A DNA stretch of 64,000 nt from Fusicatenibacter sp. (GTDB taxonomy: Bacteria > Bacillota > Clostridia > Lachnospirales > Lachnospiraceae). Under the pieces are notes generated by a model. That model searched no databases. It was not told the origin of the DNA and saw only the letters and a list, made by a program, of their open reading frames with translations. Location of the stretch: the NCBI GenBank assembly GCA_050872605.1, contig JBNMHD010000009.1; one strand, 5' to 3'. This document shows positions 30,617 through 39,771 of this stretch, one piece after another. Numbering within the stretch: the stretch's first letter is position 1; each line of letters starts with the position of its first letter. The position numbers and the translations under genes were made by a program.

Positions 30617-31663
30617 TTATTTGTCCAGATACGCCGCAAGTAGTTCCAGCGTATTCTTCACACCGTCCACATGGCTTCTCTCATATCCATGGGATGCGTA
30701 CACACCTGCGCCGATCAGGGCGTGGCGTGCGTCTGCACCGCCGCGGAGAGTTGCCTCCACGTCAGAGCCATAGTGCGGGTAAACATCGGCTGCATAGTCG
30801 ATTCCGTTTGCTTTTGCTGCTGCAATCAGCTCACCGGTAAAATCGTAGCTGTAAGGGCCGCCGCTGTCTTTGACGCAGATGGATACCTGGTGTTCCTTAC
30901 ACTCCAGTCCGTCGCCGACACAGCCCATATCAACAGAAAGAATATCTGTCACGCCCTCCGGAACGGAAGCAGATCCGCCGTGGCCGACTTCTTCGTACAC
31001 GGTGATGTGCTGGTAAACCGGACGGGACGGTGTGACATTTTCTTCTTTTAAATACTTTGCATAGCCGAGCAGGATTGCAACGCTCAGTTTATCATCGAGA
31101 AAACGGCTCTTGATGTAGCCCTTCTCGGTGATGCGGGTTCTCGTCTCAAAGCAGACGATATCGCCGGTCTCGATGCCGAGCGCTTTTGTCTCTTCTTTCG
31201 AAAACACCATTTCGTCCAGAACCACTTCCATATTGTCGTACGTGCGGTCCTGCTGGTCGTAGGAACCATTCACATGAATCGACGGGTTATTCATCTGGAA
31301 GCAGCCCTCGTACCGTTTTCCGTCTCTTGTGATGACAACGCAGTTCTCGGCCTCCGCATTGTTCGGATTCATACCGCCAAGCGCGGTGAGGCGAAGACGA
31401 CCGTTTGCTTTCACTTCCGCTACCATGCCGCCGAGCGTATCCGTATGTGTCTCCACAAGGACACCGCCGTTTCCTTCACAGCCTTTGGCAAGCTGCACCA
31501 GAAGGCCGCCCTTTGTGGTGATCACCGGCGCATAGCCCATCGCTTCGTACTCTGCTTTCAGCCATGCAACGGCATCCTTCGTGTAGCCGGTCGGGCTGTC
31601 GATGGAGAGCAGTTTTTTCAGTTTCTCTGTTATAAAATCAACATAAACCTTTGTATTTTTCAT
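30617..31663 (-). CDS. M42-family metallopeptidase (glutamyl aminopeptidase/FrvX-like)
   Basis: 348 aa with family-typical 'THTDTLGGMV', 'FLDDKLSV' and 'YEEVGHGG' metal-ligand contexts. Confidence 0.8.
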   Translation of the reverse strand: MKNTKVYVDFITEKLKKLLSIDSPTGYTKDAVAWLKAEYEAMGYAPVITTKGGLLVQLAKGCEGNGGVLVETHTDTLGGMVAEVKANGRLRLTALGGMNPNNAEAENCVVITRDGKRYEGCFQMNNPSIHVNGSYDQQDRTYDNMEVVLDEMVFSKEETKALGIETGDIVCFETRTRITEKGYIKSRFLDDKLSVAILLGYAKYLKEENVTPSRPVYQHITVYEEVGHGGSASVPEGVTDILSVDMGCVGDGLECKEHQVSICVKDSGGPYSYDFTGELIAAAKANGIDYAADVYPHYGSDVEATLRGGADARHALIGAGVYASHGYERSHVDGVKNTLELLAAYLDK

Positions 31664-31796
31664 GTTTCTTCCTCCAGTTTTTGTTTCTGTTTTTTGTTTT
31701 TATCCAAACAGAAACCGCAGATTTTTCTCTTTTTGAAAAAAGACCTTGCCTTTTATCATACCACAGAAATGAATGGGATACAACCTTTGGAAAATG

Positions 31797-31839
31797 CAAA
31801 AAAGGAAACCCGAAGGATTTTTGCTCCTCTGGATTTCCC
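31797..31839 (-). terminator. terminator of the cit/hydratase operon
   Basis: GGAAATCC / GGGTTTCC stem (one G:U pair) followed by TTTTTTGC on the minus strand, 18 nt after the hydratase stop. Confidence 0.55.
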
Positions 31840-31856
31840 TTTTGCATTTTCTGCTG

Positions 31857-34142
31857 TTATCTGTTTTTGTTAAAATTAATCAGGCATCCTGCTTTTACGA
31901 TCTTCTTTTCATTTTCTGTCATATCGGCAATGTATAAGGACAGTTCTTTTGGATGGCTGCCAAGTACATAGGCTTTGATTTCCTTCATATCACCATCCAG
32001 CGCGCTTCGAATGCCCGGGACGAAAATGTAGTCTCCTACTTCAAATTCCGGTTCGTCTTTCATCTGGAACGGAATCATACCCCAGTTCATGACGTTGGAG
32101 CGGTAACGTTTTGTCGCGTATTCCTTCGTGATATTGGCAAGGCCGCCGATGACTCTCTGACAGCTTGCTGCCTGCTCTCTGGCAGAACCGTCTCCCGGCT
32201 TTACCGCATAGATCATGCTTCCGATTTCCGTCTCCTGCGGCTGAATTTCTTCCTGCCCCGGAAGCTGCCGGATCTGTTCAAAAATTTCTTTTAACTGCGG
32301 CTCTTCCTCCAGCACATTTTTTCCTGCGGTTCTCGCCTTTTCCAGACGGTCTACTTCTTTGGAGCGGCCCACATATTTCGGATCTCGCCGCGACAGGGTA
32401 AACTCGGCCAGTCCGAGCGGATTGGAACGGTAGGATGACGTTTCGCCGGATGGAATCAGTTCATCGGTCGTCGTAACCGGATCGAGAATCTTCGAGCAGA
32501 CCTTCAGCAGAATGTTATCGGTTAAAGGACTCATCGCCGGCCAGTCTTTGATGTTCGGGCCGTAAACGAGCGCTTTCTCTGCATCTCCTTTTCCGTAACC
32601 GTAATAAACTCTCTTATCATATACCGACGAATCGAAGCTGTACTCCGGTACATCGCCCCAGCAGTCCATGGTTTCCGCAGAAGTCAGGATTCCTCCGTTT
32701 GCAGCGGTTGCTGCGATCGAACGGGCGTCCATCAGGGCAACGGCAGACATCTGTCCATTTCCCGGCTTGCTTCCCTCGCGGTTCGGGAAGTTTCTGGTCG
32801 TATGGCGGATGCTCAGGCCATCGTTGCACGGTGTATCTCCGGCGCCAAAGCATGGTCCGCAGAACGCCGTACGGATAATTGCTCCCGCTTCCATAAGGTC
32901 TGTGATATAACCCTGTCGTGTCAGGTTGATAAAGACAGGCTGAGAGGATGGATAGACTGCCAGGCTGAAGGTGTCGTTTCCGATATCTTTTCCTTTCAGC
33001 GCGTGGGCCGCTTCCACAACGTTCGTATAGTTGCCGCCCGCACAGCCTGCAATGACCGCCTGCTGTACCTGCAGTCCTTTTTCCGTCACTTTGTCCACCA
33101 GATGAAGTGCTGCTTTTCCCTGGGAAATCTTCTGTGCTTCTTTTTCCACATCCGCAAGAATGTCTTTGAGATTTGCATTCAGTTCATCAATCTCATAGGT
33201 ATTGCTTGGATGGAACGGAAGTGCGATCATTGGTTTTACGGTACTTAAATCCACAGAAACAACACCGTCATAATATGCCACATCAGCCGGATTCAGCTCT
33301 TTGTAATCATCTCCTCTTCCGTGCAGATTCAGGAAGTTTCTCGTATCCTCGTCCGTTCTCCAAATGGAAGAAAGGCAGGTCGTTTCTGTTGTCATTACGT
33401 CGATTCCGTTTCGGAAATCCGTTGTCATGGACGATACTCCAGGTCCTACAAACTCCATGACTTTGTTTTTGACGTATCCGTTTTTGAACACAGCACCGAT
33501 GATGGCAAGTGCAATATCCTGCGGTCCCACCCAGGGATTCGGCTTTCCGTCAAGATAAATTGCGATAACCTGTGGACATGCGACATCGTACGTGTCACAG
33601 AGAAGCTGTTTTACCAGCTCACCGCCGCCCTCACCGATCGCCATTGTTCCCATTGCGCCGTACCGGGTATGGGAATCCGATCCGAGAATCATCTTTCCGC
33701 ATCCGGCGTACATTTCTCTCATAAACTGATGAATGACTGCGATGTGCGGCGGAACATAGATGCCGCCGTATTTCTTCGCTGCGGAAAGGCCAAATACATG
33801 GTCATCTTCGTTGATCGTTCCGCCGACGGCACACAGCGAGTTATGGCAGTTGGTCAGCACATACGGAATTGGAAATTTTTCCATTCCGGACGCTTTTGCC
33901 GTCTGAATGATACCTACAAACGTGATATCGTGAGACGTCATTGCATCAAATTTCAGCTTGAGATTCTGCATATTTCCGGAGGTATTATGTGCCTCCATGA
34001 TGCCATAGGCAATGGTTCCCTTTCTCGCTTCTTCTTTTGTGACCTTCTTTCCCGTCATAGCTTCCACTTTCGCTGCTTCTGCTTCCGGCACAAGCGTGGT
34101 TCCGTTTACCAGGTATGCGCCTGTATCATATAACTTTACCAT
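31857..34142 (-). CDS. aconitase-family Fe-S hydro-lyase, long (761-aa) paralog of unknown substrate
   Basis: 'GSDSHTRYG', '[10 protein letters not shown]' and '[10 protein letters not shown]' match aconitase/IPM-isomerase cluster and substrate motifs. 'AGCAGGN' replaces the usual 'GSCTN'. A swivel domain sits at the C-terminus. Confidence 0.75.
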   Translation of the reverse strand: MVKLYDTGAYLVNGTTLVPEAEAAKVEAMTGKKVTKEEARKGTIAYGIMEAHNTSGNMQNLKLKFDAMTSHDITFVGIIQTAKASGMEKFPIPYVLTNCHNSLCAVGGTINEDDHVFGLSAAKKYGGIYVPPHIAVIHQFMREMYAGCGKMILGSDSHTRYGAMGTMAIGEGGGELVKQLLCDTYDVACPQVIAIYLDGKPNPWVGPQDIALAIIGAVFKNGYVKNKVMEFVGPGVSSMTTDFRNGIDVMTTETTCLSSIWRTDEDTRNFLNLHGRGDDYKELNPADVAYYDGVVSVDLSTVKPMIALPFHPSNTYEIDELNANLKDILADVEKEAQKISQGKAALHLVDKVTEKGLQVQQAVIAGCAGGNYTNVVEAAHALKGKDIGNDTFSLAVYPSSQPVFINLTRQGYITDLMEAGAIIRTAFCGPCFGAGDTPCNDGLSIRHTTRNFPNREGSKPGNGQMSAVALMDARSIAATAANGGILTSAETMDCWGDVPEYSFDSSVYDKRVYYGYGKGDAEKALVYGPNIKDWPAMSPLTDNILLKVCSKILDPVTTTDELIPSGETSSYRSNPLGLAEFTLSRRDPKYVGRSKEVDRLEKARTAGKNVLEEEPQLKEIFEQIRQLPGQEEIQPQETEIGSMIYAVKPGDGSAREQAASCQRVIGGLANITKEYATKRYRSNVMNWGMIPFQMKDEPEFEVGDYIFVPGIRSALDGDMKEIKAYVLGSHPKELSLYIADMTENEKKIVKAGCLINFNKNR

Positions 34143-34165
34143 GGCGTTCTCTCCTTTATCTTTAT

Positions 34166-34324
34166 TTATGCCTGTTCTACATAATCATCGATCATTTCAA
34201 ACAGTTCTTTTTCTTTGTTTTTCGCCTCATTTTTCTGTTCGCGGCTTCTTTTGTCCTGCTCCTTTTTATATAGATTCATCACGCAGGCTCCAAAAATCGT
34301 CTGATAACTGATACTCTGCTTCAT
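34166..34324 (-). CDS. possible 52-aa Lys/Glu-rich mini-protein (below the ORF-track cutoff)
   Basis: ATG preceded by AAGGAGAA at 5 nt. The translation is [52 protein letters not shown]. It fills the otherwise empty citF-hydratase gap. Confidence 0.35.
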   Translation of the reverse strand: MKQSISYQTIFGACVMNLYKKEQDKRSREQKNEAKNKEKELFEMIDDYVEQA

Positions 34325-34368
34325 ACGCTTCTCCTTTTCCTCTGCGGTATTTTTAGGTGACTGAGGCT

Positions 34369-34410
34369 GCAGACCCGGGGCTGTGTGTGTTTTAGCCGTT
34401 CCGGGTCTGC
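34369..34410 (-). promoter_or_regulatory. intercistronic GC-rich stem-loop after citF
   Basis: Perfect 10-bp stem GCAGACCCGG / CCGGGTCTGC with a 22-nt loop and no U-tract, so it is not a canonical terminator. Confidence 0.5.
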
Positions 34411-34427
34411 TCTATCATGGCAACAAA

Positions 34428-35993
34428 TCAATGTGTGACTGGCTGTTTTGGTTTGATCTGGCGCACAACATCCATAATGGTGCCGTCGCGCGCCTCGATA
34501 ATGCCGACTACGCGGTCTTCAAATTTTACCGGATCCGGTTCTCCGACGATTCCGTATGCGATATCCCGCAGTTCTTCTATGGTTTTCAGCGGCACAGTAT
34601 CCGCTTTTTTCAGTGCTTCCAGCAGATCCGGTCTGGCCGGATTGACTGCCACGCCGTAATCGGTGACCACTACATCCACAGATTCCCCCGGTGTGGTAAC
34701 CGTTGTGACGTCGGTGCAGATCGCCGGGATTCTTCCCTGCAGAAGAGGGCAGATGACGATGGTGCATTTTGCTCCCTGCGCCGCATCCGGATGGCCGCCC
34801 TGTGCACCGGTAATCATGCCGTCGGATCCTACAACAACGTTGCAGTTAAAGTGTACATCCACTTCCAGCGCTGCCAGTACGACGTAATCCAGCTTGTTGA
34901 CAAACGCACCCTTGTTGAACGGGTTGGCATACGCGCCTGCGCTGATGCGGAAATGGTTCGGGCGGACGATATTATTGACAGCATCCAGGTCAAACGCCTG
35001 GGTATCCATCAGGCATCCGATCTGTCCTGCTTCCAGCATGTCTACCATCGGCTTTGTCATGCCGCCGACCGCAAATCCCATCTTAATTCCGCGCTCTTTC
35101 ATGATTTTTCCGAGGGAGATCGCCGATGCAATTGAAGCACCGCCGACGCCGGTCTGGTAGGAAAATCCCTCTTTGAAATACGGAGTGTTGACAACAACCT
35201 GCGTGCAGTATTCTGCCATCATGATTTTTCGGACATCCGTTGTCGGTTTCGCTGCGCCCGTTGCAATTTTCTCCGGCAGGCCGATCTGATCGACCACGCA
35301 GACATAATCCACTTTTGTGCCTGCCACATGCGCCGGATAATTCGGGAACGGCACCAGGCAGTCCGTAACGGCAACGACTTTGTTCGCATGATTTCCATCT
35401 ACGAAAGAGTACGAAAGCACGCCGCAGTTGCTTTTTCCGCCGACGGCACGGCAGTTTCCGTAATCATCGCACGTCGGTGCTCCGATAAAGGAGATATCAA
35501 TTGTCGTTTCTCCGGTCTGAATTGCACGGACACGGCCGCCGTGGGAACGCATGATGGCAAGGCCTTTTAATTTTCCGGTTGAAATGGCTTCTCCGATTTT
35601 ACCGCGCACACCGGAAGACTGAATGCCGGTAATCGTACCGTCCTCAATCATCGGAACGAGCGCATCGTGCGCTTTTCCAAGAGAGGACGCACAGATCGTA
35701 ACATCTTTGATGCCCATTTTCTGAACCTCTTTCATGACCATATTGACCACGAGGTCGCCTTCTCGGAAATGATGATGGAAACCTAAGGTCATCCCGTCAT
35801 GGGCACCGCATTTGACCAGTGCCTCGTGAATAGAGCTTACCATTTTGCTGGTGTTATGATCCATCACAACCTTTACGATCGGTCCCTGTTTGTGAAATTC
35901 CATTCCCTCTTTATAGTTATTTCCCTGGAATACTTCTTTTCCCGTCTGCTCCAGAATTTCTTCCGGGATATCTCTTCCAACTGCATTTATCAT
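34428..35993 (-). CDS. citF: citrate lyase alpha subunit (citrate CoA-transferase)
   Basis: 'GMTLGFHHHFREGDLVVNMVMKEVQKMG...MRSHGGRVRAIQTGE' parallels E. coli CitF. The ATG at 35993 follows AAGGGGGA and lies 1 nt after the citE stop. Confidence 0.9.
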   Translation of the reverse strand: MINAVGRDIPEEILEQTGKEVFQGNNYKEGMEFHKQGPIVKVVMDHNTSKMVSSIHEALVKCGAHDGMTLGFHHHFREGDLVVNMVMKEVQKMGIKDVTICASSLGKAHDALVPMIEDGTITGIQSSGVRGKIGEAISTGKLKGLAIMRSHGGRVRAIQTGETTIDISFIGAPTCDDYGNCRAVGGKSNCGVLSYSFVDGNHANKVVAVTDCLVPFPNYPAHVAGTKVDYVCVVDQIGLPEKIATGAAKPTTDVRKIMMAEYCTQVVVNTPYFKEGFSYQTGVGGASIASAISLGKIMKERGIKMGFAVGGMTKPMVDMLEAGQIGCLMDTQAFDLDAVNNIVRPNHFRISAGAYANPFNKGAFVNKLDYVVLAALEVDVHFNCNVVVGSDGMITGAQGGHPDAAQGAKCTIVICPLLQGRIPAICTDVTTVTTPGESVDVVVTDYGVAVNPARPDLLEALKKADTVPLKTIEELRDIAYGIVGEPDPVKFEDRVVGIIEARDGTIMDVVRQIKPKQPVTH

Positions 35994-35994
35994 C

Positions 35995-36894
35995 TTATAA
36001 GTCCCCCTTGTATACGCCGGACGCTTTTGCCAGTTCAATCACGCGTTTTGCTCCGTCATAAAATGCGATGTCGATCATTTTGCCGTCCACGGTAAATACG
36101 CCGATACCCATGGCTTTCTTTTCGTCAATCTCTTTTACAACCTTTTCCGAGAAAATGATTTCCTTTTCCGTCGGGGTATAAACATTATGTACTACGGAAA
36201 TCTGCCGCGGGTTGATGATGGATTTTCCGTCAAAGCCCATCATCTTGATCATGCGCACCTCTTTTTCAAACGCTTCCATGTCATCCAGATTGGTAAACAC
36301 GGTATCAAAGCACTGTACCTTCGCTGCTCTTGCCGCGATGATCATCAGCTGTCTGGCTCCTGCAAATTCCACGCCGGTTCCGGAAATCGTCGTCTGAAGG
36401 TCTTTCGAATAATCTCCGCCGCTTAAGGCGATGCCGAACAGCCGCTCAGAGGACTGACAGATTTCCAGCGCATTCATAATGCCCATGGCCGATTCCAGCG
36501 CCGCCATAATCAGGGTTCTTCCTTCCGGAATTCCAAATTCTGCTTCTGCTTTTCTGATCTCTTCTTCTACCATTCTGACATCTTTTGCGCTTTCGGTTTT
36601 TGGGATCCGGATAGAATCTGCACCGCCTGCCACACTGGCACGGATATCTTCTTTCCAGTATTCGGAATCAAGTCCGTTGATCCGCACAACGCGCTCCACA
36701 CCGTGGTAGTCAATTTCCTGCAGTGCATGATACAGAGAATATCTCGCTGCATCTTTTTCCTTTTCTGCTACGGCATCTTCCAGATCCAGCATAATGGAAT
36801 CCGGTTTGTAGATATACGGGTCTTTGATGAGTCCCGGTTTCTGACAGTTCAGAAACATCATGGTTCTTCTTAATCTCTTTTTGTTCGGATTCAT
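35995..36894 (-). CDS. citE: citrate lyase beta subunit (citryl-CoA lyase)
   Basis: 'RLRRTMMF...IMLDLEDAV' is the CitE/HpcH-type N-terminus. ATGA start/stop overlap with citD. Confidence 0.9.
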   Translation of the reverse strand: MNPNKKRLRRTMMFLNCQKPGLIKDPYIYKPDSIMLDLEDAVAEKEKDAARYSLYHALQEIDYHGVERVVRINGLDSEYWKEDIRASVAGGADSIRIPKTESAKDVRMVEEEIRKAEAEFGIPEGRTLIMAALESAMGIMNALEICQSSERLFGIALSGGDYSKDLQTTISGTGVEFAGARQLMIIAARAAKVQCFDTVFTNLDDMEAFEKEVRMIKMMGFDGKSIINPRQISVVHNVYTPTEKEIIFSEKVVKEIDEKKAMGIGVFTVDGKMIDIAFYDGAKRVIELAKASGVYKGDL

Positions 36895-37196
36895 GATCGA
36901 ATGACACCTCCCCATGGTAAATCAGATGTTTTTTCATTGGAACGGTATACAGCACATTCCACACGCGCTTTTAGGGTACAGTCCAGTGCGCCTTTGTCCA
37001 CGATATGGACTCTTGCATCACTTACTTCCAGGCGTTCCAACGTTTCCAGTACAACCTCCGTAATTTTTCTTCCGTACTGCTGGATCACGCTGCTGTCCAG
37101 TTCCAGTGTTATGCCGCCTTCTTCATTCGGCTCTATCGTGACCATGGCATCACTGGATTCCAGGGTTCCTGCTACTGCCGGTTTTTCAATCTTCAC
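36891..37196 (-). CDS. citD: citrate lyase acyl carrier protein (gamma subunit)
   Basis: '(M)KIEKPAVAGTLESSDAMVTIEP' matches E. coli CitD, including the prosthetic-group Ser14. GTG start 7 nt after AGGAGGT. Confidence 0.9.
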   Translation of the reverse strand: MKIEKPAVAGTLESSDAMVTIEPNEEGGITLELDSSVIQQYGRKITEVVLETLERLEVSDARVHIVDKGALDCTLKARVECAVYRSNEKTSDLPWGGVIRS

Positions 37197-37288
37197 TTTT
37201 TTTACCTCCTGTATGTCCTGTCTGTTTTTATCTTGTCTCTATTGTAAGCCCTCAAGGCTCCCACGTATAATTACTTAAAAGAATGATG

Positions 37289-38545
37289 TCATATAAAGAA
37301 TTTATATACTCCTGTCATCGCCATCACCGCCAGCACGGCCAGGTTGATAAACGATACCGCAAACAGCTCCAGAAACATCTTGTTCTGCGGAAAGCGTTCC
37401 TCGGAATCTTTCTGCTGCGCCACACCCGCCATAATCAGGGCACCTGTTGTAGAGATCGGCGTATAGCCTGCAATCGTTCCGCCGATGACAACCATGGCAA
37501 CCAGATAAACACCGTCTGCTCCGATTCCGCTTGCAAGACCGCCGCAGATCGGAACGAGCGTCGGAAATACAACGCCGAGGCCGGAGCTGAAAAAGGACAT
37601 GATGCCGGCCAGAAGCGCAATCACCGGTGCTGCACTCTTTTCGCCCATAACTTTTTCCAGTGCAGAGACCAGAAGATCGACACCGCCGGATAACGAAATT
37701 ACATTCATCAGAATTCCTACACCGAGCACCATGATAATAACATTCCACGGAACACCGGCAATCGCCTTCTTTTCCTTTCCGCATCCGAGAATACAGAGCA
37801 CCGAGCCGATCAGGAATCCGGTCAGGCCTACATTCCAGGATAATACCAGTACACCGAAGGCCAGAAGCAGAAGACCTGCAATTGACGCCATCTGCTGCCA
37901 GGTAAACTTCGGAAGCACTTCTTTCTCATCGGTCTGCATCGGTTTTTCCACTTTCCAGCCGCGGTAGTAAATGTAAACCAGTGCTGCACAGATCAGTGTT
38001 GTGACAATCGTACAGATCATAATCGGCACCGTATTGCCGTTCAGGTTCTGCTCCTCCATCAGGCCCCGTACAACGGCTGCTTCCGGTGTCAGCGGACTCA
38101 TTCGTCCGGCCATGGCTCCCATGTCTCCGATGATTGCCGTCATAATCGGGTTAATTCCTGCGGAAATCGAGATCGGAATGGCGATCACCGGGATGATGGC
38201 AAGGCACGGAATCGAACCAGGGCCAACGGCGCTCAGCACCATGCCGATCAGGAACATAACGAACGGAATCATCCGCGCCGGCACTTTGTTTACGATCTTT
38301 TTCGCCAGCAGCTCCAGCGTTCCGTTTCCATTGATAATGGCAAAGAGATACGTCACACCTACCATCTGTACAAACAGGGATGTACTGAATCCGGAAACAA
38401 CGTCTTTCGTTGAAAGTGTATCCGGGAACAGCAGCGTCAGAATCATGGCAAAGCCAATGCTTAAAATTCCGACATTCACATTGCGGACAAAACCGATCAC
38501 GATGGCCGCCAGCAGAAGGACCAGAGAAATTACAGCTAAGTTCAT
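37289..38545 (-). CDS. ion-transporter-superfamily anion permease (CitMHS/DASS/ArsB-NhaD-like), putative tricarboxylate importer
   Basis: 418 aa with about 11-12 TM segments and a central hydrophilic loop. It lies directly upstream of citD. The subfamily is not resolved by eye. Confidence 0.65.
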   Translation of the reverse strand: MNLAVISLVLLLAAIVIGFVRNVNVGILSIGFAMILTLLFPDTLSTKDVVSGFSTSLFVQMVGVTYLFAIINGNGTLELLAKKIVNKVPARMIPFVMFLIGMVLSAVGPGSIPCLAIIPVIAIPISISAGINPIMTAIIGDMGAMAGRMSPLTPEAAVVRGLMEEQNLNGNTVPIMICTIVTTLICAALVYIYYRGWKVEKPMQTDEKEVLPKFTWQQMASIAGLLLLAFGVLVLSWNVGLTGFLIGSVLCILGCGKEKKAIAGVPWNVIIMVLGVGILMNVISLSGGVDLLVSALEKVMGEKSAAPVIALLAGIMSFFSSGLGVVFPTLVPICGGLASGIGADGVYLVAMVVIGGTIAGYTPISTTGALIMAGVAQQKDSEERFPQNKMFLELFAVSFINLAVLAVMAMTGVYKFFI

Positions 38546-38557
38546 ATTCCGGTCCTC

Positions 38558-39601
38558 CTATGCAAATACGATGCAGACCGGGCTGCCTGTCGGGATGATG
38601 TTCAGGGTCGGAAACAGCTGGCCCGTCGCGGAATCAAATTCAAATTCTACAATGGTATCGCTGTCCTCATTTGCCACAAAGCAGCGGCCGTTCGGTGCAA
38701 AGCAGAAGAAACGCGGTGTTTTTCCAAGGCAGGAATAAAAGCCGGTATTCTTCAGATATCCCGTCACCGGATCAATGCGGTATACGGCAATACTGTCGGT
38801 GTAGCGGTTGGATACAAGCACATAGCGTCCGCTCGGGTCCACACAGACCTCACTGGCATCGGAATAGCTGGTGATGGTTTCCGGCACGGTGGACAGCTCC
38901 TGCATGGCTTCCATTGCACCTGTCTTCTCATCGAACTGGAAATAGAGCACCTTGTTTCCTTTTTCTTCGCACATATAGACCCAGCGGTTGTTTGGATGCA
39001 CTGCCGCGTGTCTCGGTTCGTCCCAGGTTCTCGCAAAGAACTGCGCCGTCTGGGTAAATGTTCCTGTCTCATGGCTGTACCGCAGTGCCCGCATCTGGCC
39101 GTATCCGTTGATCCGTCCCTGTGCACAGGCGAACAGATAATTTTTCCTCTGATCCCAGAGACACTGATGAATCGTAGAAACCTTTCCCTCTTCTTTTCCT
39201 TCATAGGTGTAGGTCGCAGCCACATCACCGAGGGAACCGTCCTCTTTTCTCTCGATCGTGTATAAAGTGCCGCCCTGCAGCGTTGCCACGATCACATGCT
39301 TATTTTCTTTGTCTATCGTAATGTCGACCGGATTTTTTCCTCCGATGTCGATGGTATTCAGATGCTTCAGAGTATGATCCGCAAGGATCTGATAGCTGCT
39401 CACTTTCGTAAAATCTCCGTGTACGGAATAGAGAAATTTCTTTTCCTGATCCATCGTCTGGTACGACGGGTTCGGCTCGGTTTCCAGACACTGCACCAGC
39501 TTCCAGACACCGGTCTGATCGTTGATTTCATAGACACATAAGCCTTTTCCTCTTGCGTTTCTTTCTTTTGTTGTTCTGCATCCTACGTATGCGTAACTCA
39601 T
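38558..39601 (-). CDS. lactonase-family 7-bladed beta-propeller protein (YbhE/6-phosphogluconolactonase-like)
   Basis: About 347 aa from the ATG at 39601, which follows AAAGGAGG. 'YVGCRT...', repeated 'P..I..D..G..L(Y/F)V.N' blade patterns and 'FEFD..TG.L' are typical of the family. Confidence 0.65.
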   Translation of the reverse strand: MSYAYVGCRTTKERNARGKGLCVYEINDQTGVWKLVQCLETEPNPSYQTMDQEKKFLYSVHGDFTKVSSYQILADHTLKHLNTIDIGGKNPVDITIDKENKHVIVATLQGGTLYTIERKEDGSLGDVAATYTYEGKEEGKVSTIHQCLWDQRKNYLFACAQGRINGYGQMRALRYSHETGTFTQTAQFFARTWDEPRHAAVHPNNRWVYMCEEKGNKVLYFQFDEKTGAMEAMQELSTVPETITSYSDASEVCVDPSGRYVLVSNRYTDSIAVYRIDPVTGYLKNTGFYSCLGKTPRFFCFAPNGRCFVANEDSDTIVEFEFDSATGQLFPTLNIIPTGSPVCIVFA

Positions 39602-39692
39602 TTTTATGACCTCCTTTTTGCAGTTTGCACGTTCGCTGTTACTGCTTTCTGTTAAGAAAATCATATAAGATCCGCATGTCAAACGGAAATTC

Positions 39693-39738
39693 ACAAAAAG
39701 ACTATGCCGGGTATTCCACATCGGAATACCCGGCATAG
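39693..39738 (-). terminator. strong rho-independent terminator after the first LysR gene
   Basis: 16-bp perfect stem CTATGCCGGGTATTCC / GGAATACCCGGCATAG with a GATGT loop, followed by TCTTTTTGTG on the minus strand. Confidence 0.85.
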
Positions 39739-39771
39739 CAGGAAGCCTTTTTTCTTGTTACATTTTTTCTC

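Noticed and set aside
39602-39692. The TTGACA at about 39670 as a standard sigma-A promoter for the cit operon.
   Set aside because: The best -10-like hexamer (TATGAT) is only 11 nt away, and nothing suitable sits at 16-18 nt. I therefore report only the possibility of an activator-dependent promoter in the findings.
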